Shown in pieces: positions 26,508-40,577 of a DNA stretch of 64,000 bases. Every line of letters starts with the position of its first letter. Within the stretch, counting starts at the first letter, position 1. This stretch comes from Trichosphaerium sp. ATCC 40318. Lineage: Eukaryota > Protista > Tubulinea. Location of the stretch: NCBI GenBank assembly GCA_038496445.1, contig JALMLS010000215.1:248001-312000 (forward strand). The letters run 5' to 3'. Under the pieces are notes generated by a model. The model did not search any database. It was not told the DNA's origin and saw only the letters and a list, made by a program, of their open reading frames with translations. A program made the position numbers and the translations under genes.

Positions 26508-29000
26508 CTAGTCAGAACTTGACCCACTTTCAATCTCCTGTTTTGACAATAACACCTCCGCTTGATCAACATCGTAGTCATCTAAAACCAAATTTGTCAG
26601 CAAAGAACTAAGTAGGTACAAAACAAAATCCAGAAAAAAAACCACGAATCAAATAAATAAAAACCATACCACCATCTGTATCAGAACTCATGTCAACGTC
26701 TTCATCAACATTGTCACCGTCTTCGTCACTATCGTCGCTCTTGCTGTCATTGTTAAAATCTTCCATATATTGTGAGTCCTCCATATCACCCTCATCGTCT
26801 GGACGCTCAGGTGTGATGCCGCATAATGGCTTGGCTGCAAGCTCTTCGCGTTTACTCAAGAATTTATCATCTAGAACCTTCCAGGCTTCAGCGTTGGCAT
26901 CCACAACCTTTTTGATATTCTCATCCATGCTAATTAGTTCCTTGATTGTACCGCCTAGGTTCAGTACGTGACCCATAAACGCCAACCGGACGCCTTGGCC
27001 ATTATTATGATCCTCTGCAGTAGCGCTCTTTTCAGCAGCTTCACAGAGCCGTTTGATAATGTTTGTGTCTGTCAACACACGGACCTTCAGGTCTGTAGCT
27101 GATTCCAACACGTGCCTAAAGATCCGTTCTACCAAGTGGTGCACAAAATTGTTCCATTCAAAAGCAAAGAACAAATCCTAAGATGTGTAAGTCAAGACTA
27201 CATTCTTTGTTTTCTTTTCATCAAAATCCAAACAAACTTGTCATGTACCAATGCAATGTTAAATAAACCTAATTCAAATATCTTCTCATCGACGGAATCA
27301 AAACCCAAGGCGAGGAGAGAGTTGAACAATTCCAAAATCTGCAATAACCAGTTATTTAATAAATGTTTTGCAAAAAAAACACTTTAAAAAAATAAGCAAA
27401 AACGAGACATACCTTTAGTCTGTGGAATCCAAACGCTTCAGTAGTTATATTAAATGAAAGGGAGACTGTTCGCTTCCAGTCTTCAGGGACATTGATTAGT
27501 AGAGCCTTGTATTGCTCCAAGTATTTAAATAAAGTGTCCAGCCACCTTGGAGGTGCTTCAAAATCAGGTTGTCTATCCTCCTCGTCCTCCTAAAATCGCA
27601 GTAAATAACAATAAACAGAGTATTTAAGAAACGGAACGGGATTGATAATTTTGCAAAGGGAGACATACCTCGGCTTCTATTATTCTGCGAATCATTGAAA
27701 TAATGACTTCTGTGCCATGAAGCAACGAAGAGTTTTGACCCTCAGGTGCTAGTGTGTAATCAAGGAGTTGCGTCAATATTGCGTCGCTCTCCAGTTGTTG
27801 CATGAGCTTTGAATCATACGATGATACCACCATAATATCCAATAGTGCTTGACATCCATCTTCGTGGCTCTACGCAAATGGTAAATACCAGAACAGGCAA
27901 ACAAAAAGTTTGATGCAAAATAAAAGAGATTGGGAATTTATACAAAAAAAAGTTACGAAATGACCAAAAATTACGTAATTGTGAGTAGTGTGTACCTGAG
28001 AGTCTTGGCTAGGCTCAAATTTATCGATAATCTTTGTAATTAGTTTTGCCTCAAGGAGCCAATCCATGACGCCTTCTCCTTCAATGTTGATGATCTTTGT
28101 GATAAAGTCGGTGATGGAAGGATTGCCAATGTGTTGTAGGAATCTATCCAAAAAATTTTCTTTGCCCCTCATGTACGCCAGTGTCTATTCATTAATTAAT
28201 TACCTTCAAATAAATTTACAGAACGATGCGCATTAGTAGTTTTTTGAATAAAAACGGTCATCTGGTAGGTTGGGGATAAATATTTGAAAAAAATTTTATG
28301 ATGTTCGCTAGCGCTATTGATGGACAAAAAAAAATACACCAGGCGTAAGGACTAATACCAAAAAAAAAAAAAGAAAGGTACAACACATCTCGCCATCTAG
28401 ATCAAAACGTACTTCAGGTATCTTAGATACAAGCAATGATCCAGCCACACGACAAACACATATCGTTAAGAACCCTTCGAGTTGTTCTTGTTCAAAAAAA
28501 TTGTAGAGCTTGTCCAGAAATTCAGTGTTTTCGCAGATGAAACTGTCAATTTCTGCCACCTCGGAGCATAATATTTCACAAGCTACGCCAGGGTACCTTT
28601 TATGTATCAGCAGGCGTTGATTCTGAGGCGAAAAGGAACAAAAAAACCCAAAAGCGTACGGCACGCTTTTTTGCTACCGTTAATTATTGCCGTTACCTGT
28701 TTGTACGTTGCTCTGATGCGCCCTCGGGTGCTTCTTCAGTAATATACGCCAAAAGCTTTGTAATAGTTTCTGTTGTGGCGAGACTAAAGTGCAATTAGTG
28801 TGTTTTGCTAGTTTTGGTAGCATTGCAAAGTTTTACGCCATTACAGCCAGCACGTACAAATCGATCAGTTTGTCCTTGTGACTTCTTGTTTCAGTCACTA
28901 CTTCGTCCTCGTCTAGCAAGTCCTCTAGCGCAAAGGAATCTTTCTGTAGAATGTCGTCTATCGCAGAAGGAAACGAGAAGTCTTTCCAAAAGTCACCCAT
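26508..29000 (-). CDS. PPP6R: SIT4-associated protein / PP6 regulatory subunit (SAPS family)
   Basis: IDDIL...LEDLLDEDEV, RYPGVACEIL, FGFHRLK, FFAFEWNNFVH, FMGH and an acidic tail. Confidence 0.9.
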
Positions 29001-29363
29001 GATGTTAGTTAGCAAGAAGTAGTACTTTGTTAGCCTGTTTAATTAATCCAGGTGATTTTGGTCAAGAATAAATCAAGACGAATAAGACCAAACTGACCCA
29101 ATTAACAATGTGTCCTTTGTAAATTAATTTGTTGTTTTGCAACTATCAAAGATATACAATCGAAATTGAACAAGTTTTTCGGCAACTGATAATTATATTG
29201 TTGTATTTTGTTCGTAGTTCGTAGTTATTGCCAGACGAAGGTTTTAGGCGCGAACGAAAAGCGGGAAAAATACAAAAAACCCCAGAAAACTGAACAACAA
29301 CAAGAAATAGGTGGATTGGCTTTAAACATGCTGATTTAATAGACACACTAAGTTTACATGAGT

Positions 29364-32300
29364 CTACAAGATTTTGAGTTTCTTCTTGAGGAATACAATG
29401 CATTGGAAGGCGGCTTTGTTCTAAAATTGGATAAGTAAAATAAAAACTGAGAAAAGTCCTCATTTTAAAGCGTACCTTCTTCAACCAATCGCGATGGTAC
29501 ATCTTCAAAGCGTCAATGTTTTTACGGGTGATGAGACTGTACAAATCGTCGCGGAAATCGAACTGACGTTCGTAAGTATACTCGGTACCACCAACGTTTT
29601 CAATCCTGACAGCAACCTCTTCACCTGCTTTAGCTTCATCCATAGGAGTGTTGTTCTTTTCGATGGCGGTAATCTCGCCAAGGACAAGGTTACCCTTTGA
29701 AGGAATAACAATCTTAGCACCCACTATTACACGTCCACATTCAACGTGTACACCCAAGATGATAGGCTTGTGCTTGCTAAGGAACACGTTAGCCCACAAA
29801 ACGAATACAAACAAAAGGGTCTTGGTTTTTTTCAACCAAAAAGTAACGGAGGTGGGGAGGGAACGTACGCGATGATGAACTCAGGTAGAATGCGGAGCTG
29901 GAATGGGAACACTGTTTCGCCTTGTTCTTTCTCAATGGTGGAGTCAACATCGATAATGTAATCGCTAAAGTCGTCCTTGAGCTGGTAAATGATATCAGAT
30001 GAGAAAATCTGGATTTTCATTTGATTTGCGATGAGCTTGGCTTCAGCTGAGATTTTAACGTCAAACGCGAGGATAACAGCGTATTTGCCAAACTCGTGTT
30101 CGAGCATAGTGGACGCTTTTATAACATCCTTTTTGTAAACGTCACCGATGCTGATGCCGCTCACTGGGATGTCTTCGCTCTTTAAGAACTCTAGCAGAGC
30201 TTCCAGAGAACCCAAAGTTGAAGCCTAACAAAAAACCAGTTTTAGTGCACAAGGTCGTTTTGATATGATTTTTGCGAGATTAAACGTACAACGACATATA
30301 CACCAATAGGTTTCAAGTAATCTCCAAGTCCCTTGATGTCAGCCATAGCTCTCTTTTTGAGCTCTTCAATATCGTCTCCAGGTTTGACGACATAGAGGTG
30401 AGAGCCGGCTACTGCTTTGTCCAAGTCTTGGGCAGCAATTTTCAAACCGACAGAAGCGCGAGCTACTGGGATGCGCTTGTATTGGCTCTTTTTGTCGCGT
30501 AATTCGCTCATTGGGCCGGGTTGAAGCAAGGCACGGATTGTAGTCACAATTGCGCCTCCCATACCACATACAACGATCCTGTCGCCCTCGTTCAGTGTAC
30601 CGTTCGATAGAACGACATCAAGAGTGGTACCAAAACCTACAGTAGACTTGACTTCGAGGATAGTGCACTCCAGAGATGCCAATTGCAACAAACGGTTTCC
30701 CATTAGTTTCTGCGTCAATTGAATGACGAGAAGCATCAAATCAGGGACACCTTCGCCAGTCATAGCGGATGTAGGTACCAAGGAGATGTAATCACGGTAT
30801 TCCTGTACGGTTAAAAGTAAGTCAAGTGGAAACCTGCTAATCACTTAGTCTGTCGACTTGCTGCTTACCTTGTTCTCCCAGTAAACTTTGCTGTTGAGCT
30901 CTTGGCCAGCGAGTTCGGCGATAACGTGGTTCAAACGTCTGTTGTACTCCATCATGACTTGTTCGTTTTGTTTCTTGAGGGATTCGCGAATAGGGGCTCC
31001 TTCAGTTGATTGCCAGCCGTACAACATATCTACCTTGTTTACAGCAACTACAAAAGGTGTCTTTGATCGTGTTAAAAGGCCAATAGACTCAATCGTCTAT
31101 TCACAATAGTAAGTATTGGATTTACAAAAAAAAATATCAAAAACAGAACACAAAAGGTGGTGGCGTACCTGCGGTTGAAGACCTTGCATGATATCTACCA
31201 CTAGAATGGCAATATCGCACAGGGATGAACCACGCCTTCTCAAGTTGGAGAAGGACTCGTGTCCCGGTGTATCGACGATCAAAAGACCAGGTACTTGAAT
31301 ATTGACGTTGTACCTGGCATTGAGTCGAGCTGTCTGATCCTTCAATGTTTTGAGAGGGAAGAAGGTGGCACCGATCTGCTGTGTAATACCGCCAGCTTCT
31401 CCTCCTTGAACGTTGGAGCGTCGCATGCGATCAAGCAGTTTGGTTTTACCGTGATCTACATGTCCGAGGACGCACAAGATAGGTGAACGCATGTTGGACA
31501 ACTTTTTGTTCTGGCCTTTTAGATTTTCAGCTTTTTTCTTGGCCAAAGCTGCCCTTCTTTTCTCTTCTTCAAGCTTCTTTTTTTGCTTTTTAGTGAGCAC
31601 AGGTTCTTGTGGTTTTTCAGGCTCAACAACTTTTGGCTTCTCAGGTTCTGATTTAGCCTCAGCATGTTTGCTTTTGGCTTCATCTTCTTCATCCTCAGCG
31701 TCCCAGCTAGTAGGCACTGGTTCGGGTTCTTCTGCATCCCAGGCATCAGGTACAGAGTCTTCCCAGTTGTCAGCCGCATCGTCCTCGTTAGGCTCTTCGG
31801 CGGCTTTTGCCTCAGCTTCTGCTTTTAGTCGCGCAGCTTCGGCTTCTTGTTCAGCGGTATCTATAAACGATAGTTAGTATTTATGAAAAAAAACCCATTT
31901 ATAACTGTGTGAACAGGAGAAAAATATATCAAGAGGTAACGTACTATCTTCAAGGTCGTTGTAATCAAAACCGCGTCTCTTCTTCTTTTTATTAGATTTG
32001 ATGTTTTCGATTCTGCGTGTTTGTACGACAGGACCTATTCAGCTAATGTCAGGACAAACAAATATATGCATTTTGGCTCAACTCAAAAAGAACGCAATGT
32101 ACCTTCTTGTAAGCGTTTGGTAGGTGCGTATCTAGATTGACGCATTCTCAATTCAGCCTCTTCCTTTTCCTTTTTGGCTCTGATTTTTTCTTCTTTTTTC
32201 TTCTCCTAAACAGGCAAAATATTAGACGCATTGCTAGATAAATAGACATTCGTCAAACCGATAACGTACAAGGCGCGCTAATCTTTGTGCTTCTCTGTGT

Positions 32301-33345
32301 TTTTTGAGTTGCTCTTCTTCTTCAGCTAAACGACGCTCTTCCTCTTCTATACGTTTTCTCTCTGCCTCTGCTGCAGCCTTTTTGCGCTCTTGTTCAGCTT
32401 TGATTTGCGCTACACGCCCAGCCATACCACGTGGCTTTTTAGATTTTTTCCTGTTTGCAAAAAAATTAGTTTTTAACTCTTACATAACATAACACATAAC
32501 AAACAATCAAGGAATGAACGTACTTTCTACCAGACGAGGCTTTCTTTTTGTTAGCAGGCGATTTCGTTTTTGTAGCTTTTTTAGCAGCTGATGTAGGTGA
32601 CTTTTTTGCAGGACCGCCAAGACTAGCTCCTTTCTTTGGACCACCAAGACTCGACTTTTTAGGTCCTCCCAAGCTACCTCCACCGAGACTAGATCCTTTC
32701 TTTGGGCCACCCAAGCTTGCGCCGCCAAGGCTGGAACCCTTTTTAGGACCACCGAGACTTGCACCGCCGAGACTAGATCCTTTCTTTGGACCACCAAGAC
32801 TTGAAGTTTTTCTAGGACCGCCAAGGCTTGCTCCACCGAGGCTGGATCCCTTCTTAGGGCCGCCTAGGCTCGCGCCACCAAGGCTTGATCCATTTCTAGG
32901 ACCGCCAAGACTGGCACCGCCAAGACTAGAGCCTTTCTTTGGACCACCAAGACTTGATGTTTTTTTGGGACCTCCAAGGCTCGCTCCACCAAGGCTGGAC
33001 CCTTTCTTTGGGCCACCTAGGCTTGCTCCGCCAAGGCTGGAACCCTTTTTGGGACCGCCGAGACTTGCACCGGTCTTAGGACTACCAAGACTAGTTTTAG
33101 GTGTTGCAGCTGGTTTTTTACCTAACGGCGTGTCAGAAGAAAAAAAACAAGAGAAGATTAAATGAAATAACAGAACCAAAACTGTGGTTCGGTTTTTAAC
33201 GCACCGAGGCTTGAACCAGACTTCTTGGGGCTTCCTACACCACGTCCTGAGGTTCGTTTAGCACATAAATATTTATTTGGTCGTTTTGTCGCTTTGTACC
33301 TTTATTTTTTCTACCTTGATTTCTCTTGTTGCGTCTGCTTGACAT
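29364..33345 (-). CDS. EIF5B: Translation initiation factor eIF5B with an unusual repetitive N-terminal extension
   Basis: [61 protein letters not shown]. Probable start [10 protein letters not shown] at 33345. Confidence 0.96.
32610..33095 (-). repeat. Coding tandem repeat ([14 protein letters not shown])n inside eIF5B
   Basis: About 21 SLGG motifs; 14-aa (42-nt) higher-order unit with extensive synonymous variation. Confidence 0.92.
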
Positions 33346-33780
33346 TGTTGATTATATTTCTTCTTCGTAGTCGATATTAACATACGCGTAATGCTTCGTT
33401 GGTTGGGGTTGTATCGCACACTGTGTATATGTACGTTGCGAATTAAGCCAGAAATCATGTAGCGAGAACCTTCTCTCGCGTTTCTCTGTTCAGTGTTATT
33501 TGTCGAAAAAAACTAGAAAAATTGAACGGAGAAAGTTCAGTTTAGTAAGTCAACATTTTTAAAAGAAGGAATTAATGTCACTTTGTTTTTCTGACTTCAC
33601 AAAAAATACAACCTGTGCATAGTATTATGTTTAATACGCAGACGAAATGTACCATCGTATTAAAAGGCAGCGAATTGCAGTTGGAGGTTAACAACGCTTC
33701 AAAAAAGTTAATAGCCATTTTTGTGTTTCGTTTTTAATTTCAAACTAGCTCTGTTTATTTGCTACAATACAAATTAATAA

Positions 33781-34815
33781 ATTAAAGGCGTGCTCCGGGT
33801 AATTCAGTTGCAAACTGGAAATAAAATGTCAGAACAACTGCAACGTGGCTGACTTTAGCAACTAGACCCACGCTCGTATTCTTGATATACGCGCAACAAG
33901 ATATAGTTAATCTACAACACCAGCTAAACAAAAGTTAAATTTGTTACGACTACAATTCAAATGAAATAAAAAAAAATACGATTAAAAATTGTAGCGTACC
34001 CAAGTTGCCTGTGTACGGTAAAGGTGCTGCAGTGTGGTATTCTGGAGGGACTGAAGGATACTGGTTTGGGTGTGGGTACAACCAATGTGTTACTTCAGCA
34101 GTAGGTGGTTCGTTTTGCGGGTTGTCCTCGTTGGATAAAATATCTTGTACTTCGGTGAATTCGTGTGGGTTTCGAACGTCGTAAGTGTAGGTGACAGAAT
34201 TATCGTTGGTTACTTCCGTTACAGTGTGTGCGTGTTGTAATGCACGTGGATTCGCGCCAGATACTAAATTAAAAAAAAAGCTTTAAAACGATGTAAGAAC
34301 CTATCAAAACATTGCATTACGCGTTGTGGTTCGAGTTTTCCAAGTTTTACTCGAATTCTAACGCTTTAAAATAAATTTAGGTACTAACCTCTTTGGTGCC
34401 TGTTGTACATGCCCATATACATGGGTAGGAACTGTAAACACATATTTCGAGTTTGTTCCTCTTCTTCAATGCTTACAAAATGTGTGGATTTCATTTCAGC
34501 CATACATTTCGAAAACAAGTATTGTGCCGCTGAGAGCTTTAGCTTGAGGAGGTTTTGTGCCCTTTCAAAATTTCTTTGAGGTTGTCCTGCCATGTCTAGC
34601 AATGCCCCTTTGTTATGTACTATTTTAAGTAAAAAAGAGATACCTATATAGTTTATATTCTGATGTTTGAATATGCGAAAAGGTACAACCCGAACAATGA
34701 TGCGGTAGCCACTCCATACCTCTATGCTTTGGAGTGATAGTATTCGATTTCCTTTTGACGTGCCAAATAGCAAATTGAGGAGTTCCGAAAATGCAATTAA
34801 TTGTCCTAACCCCAT
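33781..34815 (-). CDS. Hypothetical multi-exon protein (boundaries approximate)
   Basis: 143-aa ORF plus further GT-AG-bounded exons (Pro-rich segment near 34000-34260); no recognised family. Confidence 0.4.
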
Positions 34816-35434
34816 TCTATCGCTTTAATTCCCAATAATAAGCGCGTGGACGGATTATCGTACTTCTCGAAAGTAATATACTACTTGCAACTTCTGGAAA
34901 TACCTCGTTTTTTAATTTTGGCAAGTGCTGCAAAGTTTACACTAAATAGGTAACGGTGTGGTACACCTTCGGAAATGGACCGTTACTTTTCCTAAGCCTT
35001 AGTTGCTCACTGTGGGAAAGGTCAAGTCAAAATTTCCACAAAAGGCTACACAATTTTCCTTGACGGACTACTTCCCCGCTGACCACTGCGTCTTTATTAC
35101 CCTTCTGGGAACAAGTCCCAATGAAGGAAGATATAAAGTCCGTCTGACGAAAACCAAACCACGAGTGGAGAACCGACGAATTGCCAATTATATTTTTGTT
35201 GTTAGTTGAACACAATCCCAATTACAGCACATGTGACAAGTGCCGGTTGGAGAATGATACGTTAGCGTCACATTTGTACTCTCAAACACGGCATAATATC
35301 GTAATAAGACAATATCTTCGGCGTTTTTTTGATTTTTTAAGTCCACCCCTGTTTTTCTTGCTTAACTTTGCGAAATTGACTTGCACTTGGGACTCTTTAA
35401 ACAACTCGTAGAAGTACACCTGCTATTTGACAAA

Positions 35435-38400
35435 ATGTCAAAGCGTAAACGACCATCTTCAAGCTTGCCTCGTGGCCGTTCAGAAGTTGTTGCTGATGAA
35501 GAGGTTGTTAAGGTGTTCTTACGCTTTTTAACATGTTCATAGCCAAGGAGAAACGATGAAGAATTATTTTCACGCAAGGAAAAAAAACATGAGCAAAAAG
35601 AGGATAAATCAGCTAACCACCGCTCGTTCCACAATCTGTACCCGTCAAAAAAGCGAAAATTAACAATAAAGGAAGCCAAACAAGAACTAGCAGATAAAAG
35701 AGGTACTACGCGCAATTATGACTGAAGTTATTGCTGGTCATGCGAAAAATAACAAAAAAACTAAGAAATCCACTTAAAAACCTTTGTCTGATTTCCCTGT
35801 GCAATATTTACGCGTACTAAGGCGTTTTAAGAACTTGGAAATGGATCTACTTAAATTAACTAAATTTTAGAGCGTAGAATAAAAGCTAGAAGGGAGCTTA
35901 CTGGTGTGAATTACTTTGAGCCAACAAAGGCGGTATGTAAAAAGCTTACATGTTAATTTACAAAAATATTGATTGGCGTTAAAAACAATTCATCACAACT
36001 GTAATAGGAGGCCGCAGAACTTGAAGCTTTTGTTGGCTATAAGCCAGGCGCCGTGCCGACGTCTATGCCAACCCTTGAGGGAGCAGTACGTTGCTTTACA
36101 ATTAAGAAGCGGTTCTTCAATACTCATTGGCTTTTTGGTGTAGCATTTTGTAACGGACACTTGCTTAGTAATGGCTGTTGTGCATTACACTGGCGCTGAC
36201 GAGATTAAAGTGGATTTACCTTTCGGTCACACTGGTATCTTGAAGCCAGACCAAGTTTCTGACGTGTTCTATGACTATATGAACAACGGACGGGTACAGC
36301 AATAGAATATAGTTTTTTCCGCTATTTGAACATTTCAAATTTAAATTAAACGGCCGTACAATAGGAAGGTGATTTGCCACTTGTAAGTGACTTATTGCCA
36401 AAAGGCACTGTATTGAATTGCTCCACTATTGTAAATAGAAATTCAGCAGCAGGTTAGAAAATAAGAGTTCATTCAAAAGCTTTTCAATTAAACTTGTTTT
36501 TTAAAGGTACAATCCATGTGTCTTGCAGAGAATCTATCATCAACGCTGGTGTACCACGTAAAGCGCTTATAAAGAACTATGTGCGCACTACAACTACGGA
36601 TTTTGTAAAGACTGATTGTATCTTGTTCTTAGAACATTTCTGGTTCTGTTAGATCTGTAGAAGATCATGGTGCTGTCATATCTCTAGGTATTAAGAACCT
36701 ACAAGGATTCGTTATGACCAAGAATATTCCTCAAGACCTCAAAGTACGGTTACTACGCCAACACCTGATGATGTTTTATTTTATTTGCTAACCCCATGAT
36801 CCACTACAGTTACAAGTGGGCATGCCTGTTAGTTGTATAGTTATATCAGAGCCTTCCCCATCTGCTAATGTTGTGGCCTTGAAAATACTTGATAGAGGTG
36901 TCGATGTTGCTGATGTAAAACCTGTAGCAACCGAATCATTACTTCACTTTAACGCAATCAGACCGGGCGTATACTTTTTGGTGGCTATCAGCGACTTTGT
37001 TAAACCTGGTGGTGTACGATAATTTCACTTGCTTGGCATACACTAACGTGTTTGTTTAAGCTTTGGGTGCACTTCTTGCCATACTTTGATGGATTACTTC
37101 CAGAACGACACATCCCACAACTGTATCGCCACGGTGAGAAACGCAACATTGAAGTTGGTCGGCAGGTGTTAGCACGTGTTGTTGCTGTCAATGCTGACAC
37201 AAAACTGGTACGAACTAATTACTAGTATTATCGACTCAAACACTTTAGGTGTGGCTCACCATGCTGCCTCACTTATTAGAAAATAGAGCTCCAGAGTGGC
37301 ATGGTTTGGCAGAAGGTTAGTGTTACCAAAACAGCGTAGTAATGATAAGCTTACTGGTTTTTAAGGCAAAATTGCACACAATCTAGAAGTGTACAGACGT
37401 GATCCTATTAAAGGCATAGCTGTTATAACCGATAAACGTATTAGAGGCTATGTCTATGTACGCTTTTAAGTCCATAATTACACCAATTGGTTGCGAGGCC
37501 TAACATACCATGTGTAGCGCCGTAATCTGCGTGATAGAGTGCCAGCTTCGTTTGACATACGAAAAAGCTTTCCAGTTGGCGAACTATTAAAAGGCCGTGT
37601 ATTGTCACGTGACTTTTTGACAAACTTTATTGGCGTCTCCACAAGGAATTCTGATAGAAAAGCGAACAAACTCCTCAACACAGAGATTGGTACTGGCGAT
37701 GTGCTTACAGTGCGTGTCATCGATCACATACAAGACGACAAACGTCTGATTGTTGCAATCTCTCGACTGGCTACAGCGTACATTCCTTTTGACCAGTTGT
37801 ACGAGCACAATAATAGACTGGCGTTTGCAGAAATTGTTGCACGGTTCCCAAAGCAACAACGTTTGAAATGTCGTGTCCTCACAAAGAACGACTTTGTTCG
37901 TGGAGCATCCAAAATAAAGGCACGGTATTCGTATGGTCATCGATGCAGTAAGGAGCTAACTTACCTCACTTTGTAGTTGACACACAAAACCACTATGGTC
38001 GAATCTCAGCTGGCCATTCTTGGTGCTGGTTTGCCTCTTTCAGAAGGCAACTGGGTACATTGTTTCATTACAGCCAAGACTGAAGATACCATACAGTGCG
38101 CAATTACTTTTGTGTTTGATTTTTTAGTTGTGAACGATTTTCTATTATCAATTATGACAACATGTCAAACTCACAACTGCCAGCGTGGAAGGATTCGATG
38201 GGATAAAAGGAGTTATTACCGGAAATCATATTGCTGGACCACGTGACATTGGTAAAGCGATGGTGTACTACAATGTCGGCATGGTTGTAAAGGTATCGAA
38301 CAATGCAATAGCACTGCTTACCAAATACTTACAATTGCGTACTTAGTGTCGCATATTGCCTCTGATCAAAAGACAGAAAGTGTTCCCTTTGAGTCTACGA

Positions 38401-39906
38401 CAAGCTGATGAAGAGATGTACGCAAAAACGCACCTGTGTTCTTTTTGTACTTATTGCATTCACTTCAGGGCTGATGAGAAACTGAGTGCTTTGCAATCAA
38501 TACCATTGGGAAGATTGTTGCACGCCACCATTATTGGCTTTTCAGAAGACGGCGTTGTATGTGAGACAGGTACACCCTTTCCATTGTTACAAAAGACTCT
38601 TGACAACTTACCACATGTTATAGAAGATGGATCTTCCGCTTTTATACCGAATGCTCATGTCACCGACTTTCCTCAATTTGAAGGTACGCACTTTTTTTTG
38701 AAACCCCTTTGACAACATGAAACGTATCAATGCTCATTTTTTGAAAGATGGCGCAAAGGCCAAGTTCAAGGCGGGTGACTTTGTATATGACCTCGTCTTC
38801 CTCGACTTGGACTACACTACAGAACCACCAACGATTATACTATCTAACAAAACGTTGCTGCGCAATCACGTCCGTGACTTGGACAACTACGACCAGGAGG
38901 GCGCTATCCTACCCGGCTATGTACGGTTTTTACACAACTTTTTGTGAGCCTGCCGTTTCTATGCTAACAATTTGCGCGCAGGTACACGAGATTGAAGAGA
39001 ACACACTAGATATCCGCTTCCTTGGAAAAAACACCCTGACGTGCACGCTCAAGCGATTTTCATCAGTGTCGTTTAACAGCAGCACGGATCTGGCGCTTCT
39101 GGCTCAGGAAGGGCAGACTGTAATCGCAAAAGTAATCAAGCTCAAAAGTGGATCACTACAAGCAGATTTGCGATTACCTGCCTGCTACGACAAAAAGTAC
39201 AACTACTTGCAAGCCTTTATGGAAGAAAGCGATCGCGTACAGGTTCAACATCCGGCCATCAACTGGTCTGTCTATAAACAAGGACAAAGGTACCTCAAAT
39301 ATTCACTTTATAACAGGCAATATACTGATTGAGAGTGTTAGAGTCAACGCCAAGGTAAAGACCATCACCAAAGTTGGTTCATTTGCTACTTGCGCTGAGG
39401 GCAATCTATCAGCGTTTGTACATCCACAGCAAACTGGGACCGATGTTAAGGCCGGACAAACAAGAACATGCTGCATTCTCGATGTTAATTTTGACAAGAA
39501 GCTCCTTGATATTTCTCTAAATACAGCGCTTACGGCACGTAATTCAATAAGAATTAGGTGATCGCTAACAGTAGATGCAGGAAGGCGAGGTTACGGAATT
39601 TGAAAACTTACCGTCATTGAACAAACGCGTGCAGTGTACTGTTGAGCTGGTAAAGCGAGGCTATGTCGTCATACGTCTACACGAGAAATACCACAGGTGC
39701 GTCCACGCTATGAGTTGTTGCCTCCACTCACCCCATTCTGCAGGAACGGCAATCCAGTGATTGGGTATGCAACAGAGATTGACTACAACAACAGCTTGTA
39801 CATGGATCATCTCCGTCGTTACAAAATCGGACAGACAGTCAAAGCGCGCGTAGTGCAACTTGAGCCAAAGGTACTACTCGACAATTTAAAGTACGGCGCG
39901 AAGTGA
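35435..39906 (+). CDS. RRP5: RRP5-like tandem S1-domain protein lacking the C-terminal TPR/HAT region
   Basis: N-terminal LPRG, DLPFGHTG, SVEDHG, VGRQVLARV, LTHKTTMVES, FIPNAHVTD, VELVKRGY..DYN. The ORF closes near 39906. Confidence 0.85.
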
Positions 39907-40577
39907 TACAAAGAAAGATTTCGCGTTTTGTATTGATTGCAAACAATAAAAATAACTGTATTGTAACTCTAAGAATCGTGGTTGTGAAATATTCATGTTT
40001 AGAAGAAGTCAAGAAAGACGGAATGGATGATTAACAGTGTTTTTATTTTTGACCTTTGTGGTTCTTTTCTTTGTCTGTCAACTGGTCTTGGTCCCGATAG
40101 TATTGTAGCACTCTTCATCTGTTGCGCCTTTGTGCGTGATGCCTGAATCTGGTAAGAATATAGGAAGCGAGATTTTGAAAAAACAAGAGAAAGAATTTTT
40201 AATTTGCTTCAGTAGAACAATAATTATAATCAATAAACTTCAGGCCTATCCAGGTGTGTTTCTAAATGTCTTCATTCACAGGTTTTTCTCTGTACAAAAA
40301 TGACCGCTAACATCACGTACCAGGTATCTAGGGAATGCTGAGAGGTAAATCCGCGCGTGCTGTGCGGTTTGCGCTTCGCTGGCGCTTGTACTGCGGCTGT
40401 AGTTGGTAGCTTGCGCTATAAAATCTACAACATAAGGTTGCTTTGTAGTTTGTGCATTTGATGCATTGGTTGAGGGAGTTTGATAAAGTAAAAAATGCAA
40501 CGGATAGAAAAAGTCTCTAGATGTCAAACAATCAAAATTTTTTTTGTAGCGTCTGTCAGGCGCCAAAATCTTTGTCT

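Noticed and set aside
32548-33165. 205-aa plus-strand ORF with PPRL repeats
   Set aside because: Antisense shadow of the eIF5B SLGG repeat.
18768-39906. Functional cluster of ribosome/translation genes (RRP15, RanGAP, eIF5B, RRP5)
   Set aside because: They are interspersed with unrelated genes, as expected by chance in a gene-dense genome.
40200-40285. Possible C/D-box snoRNA on the minus strand
   Set aside because: Box C is imperfect and there is no convincing rRNA-complementary guide.
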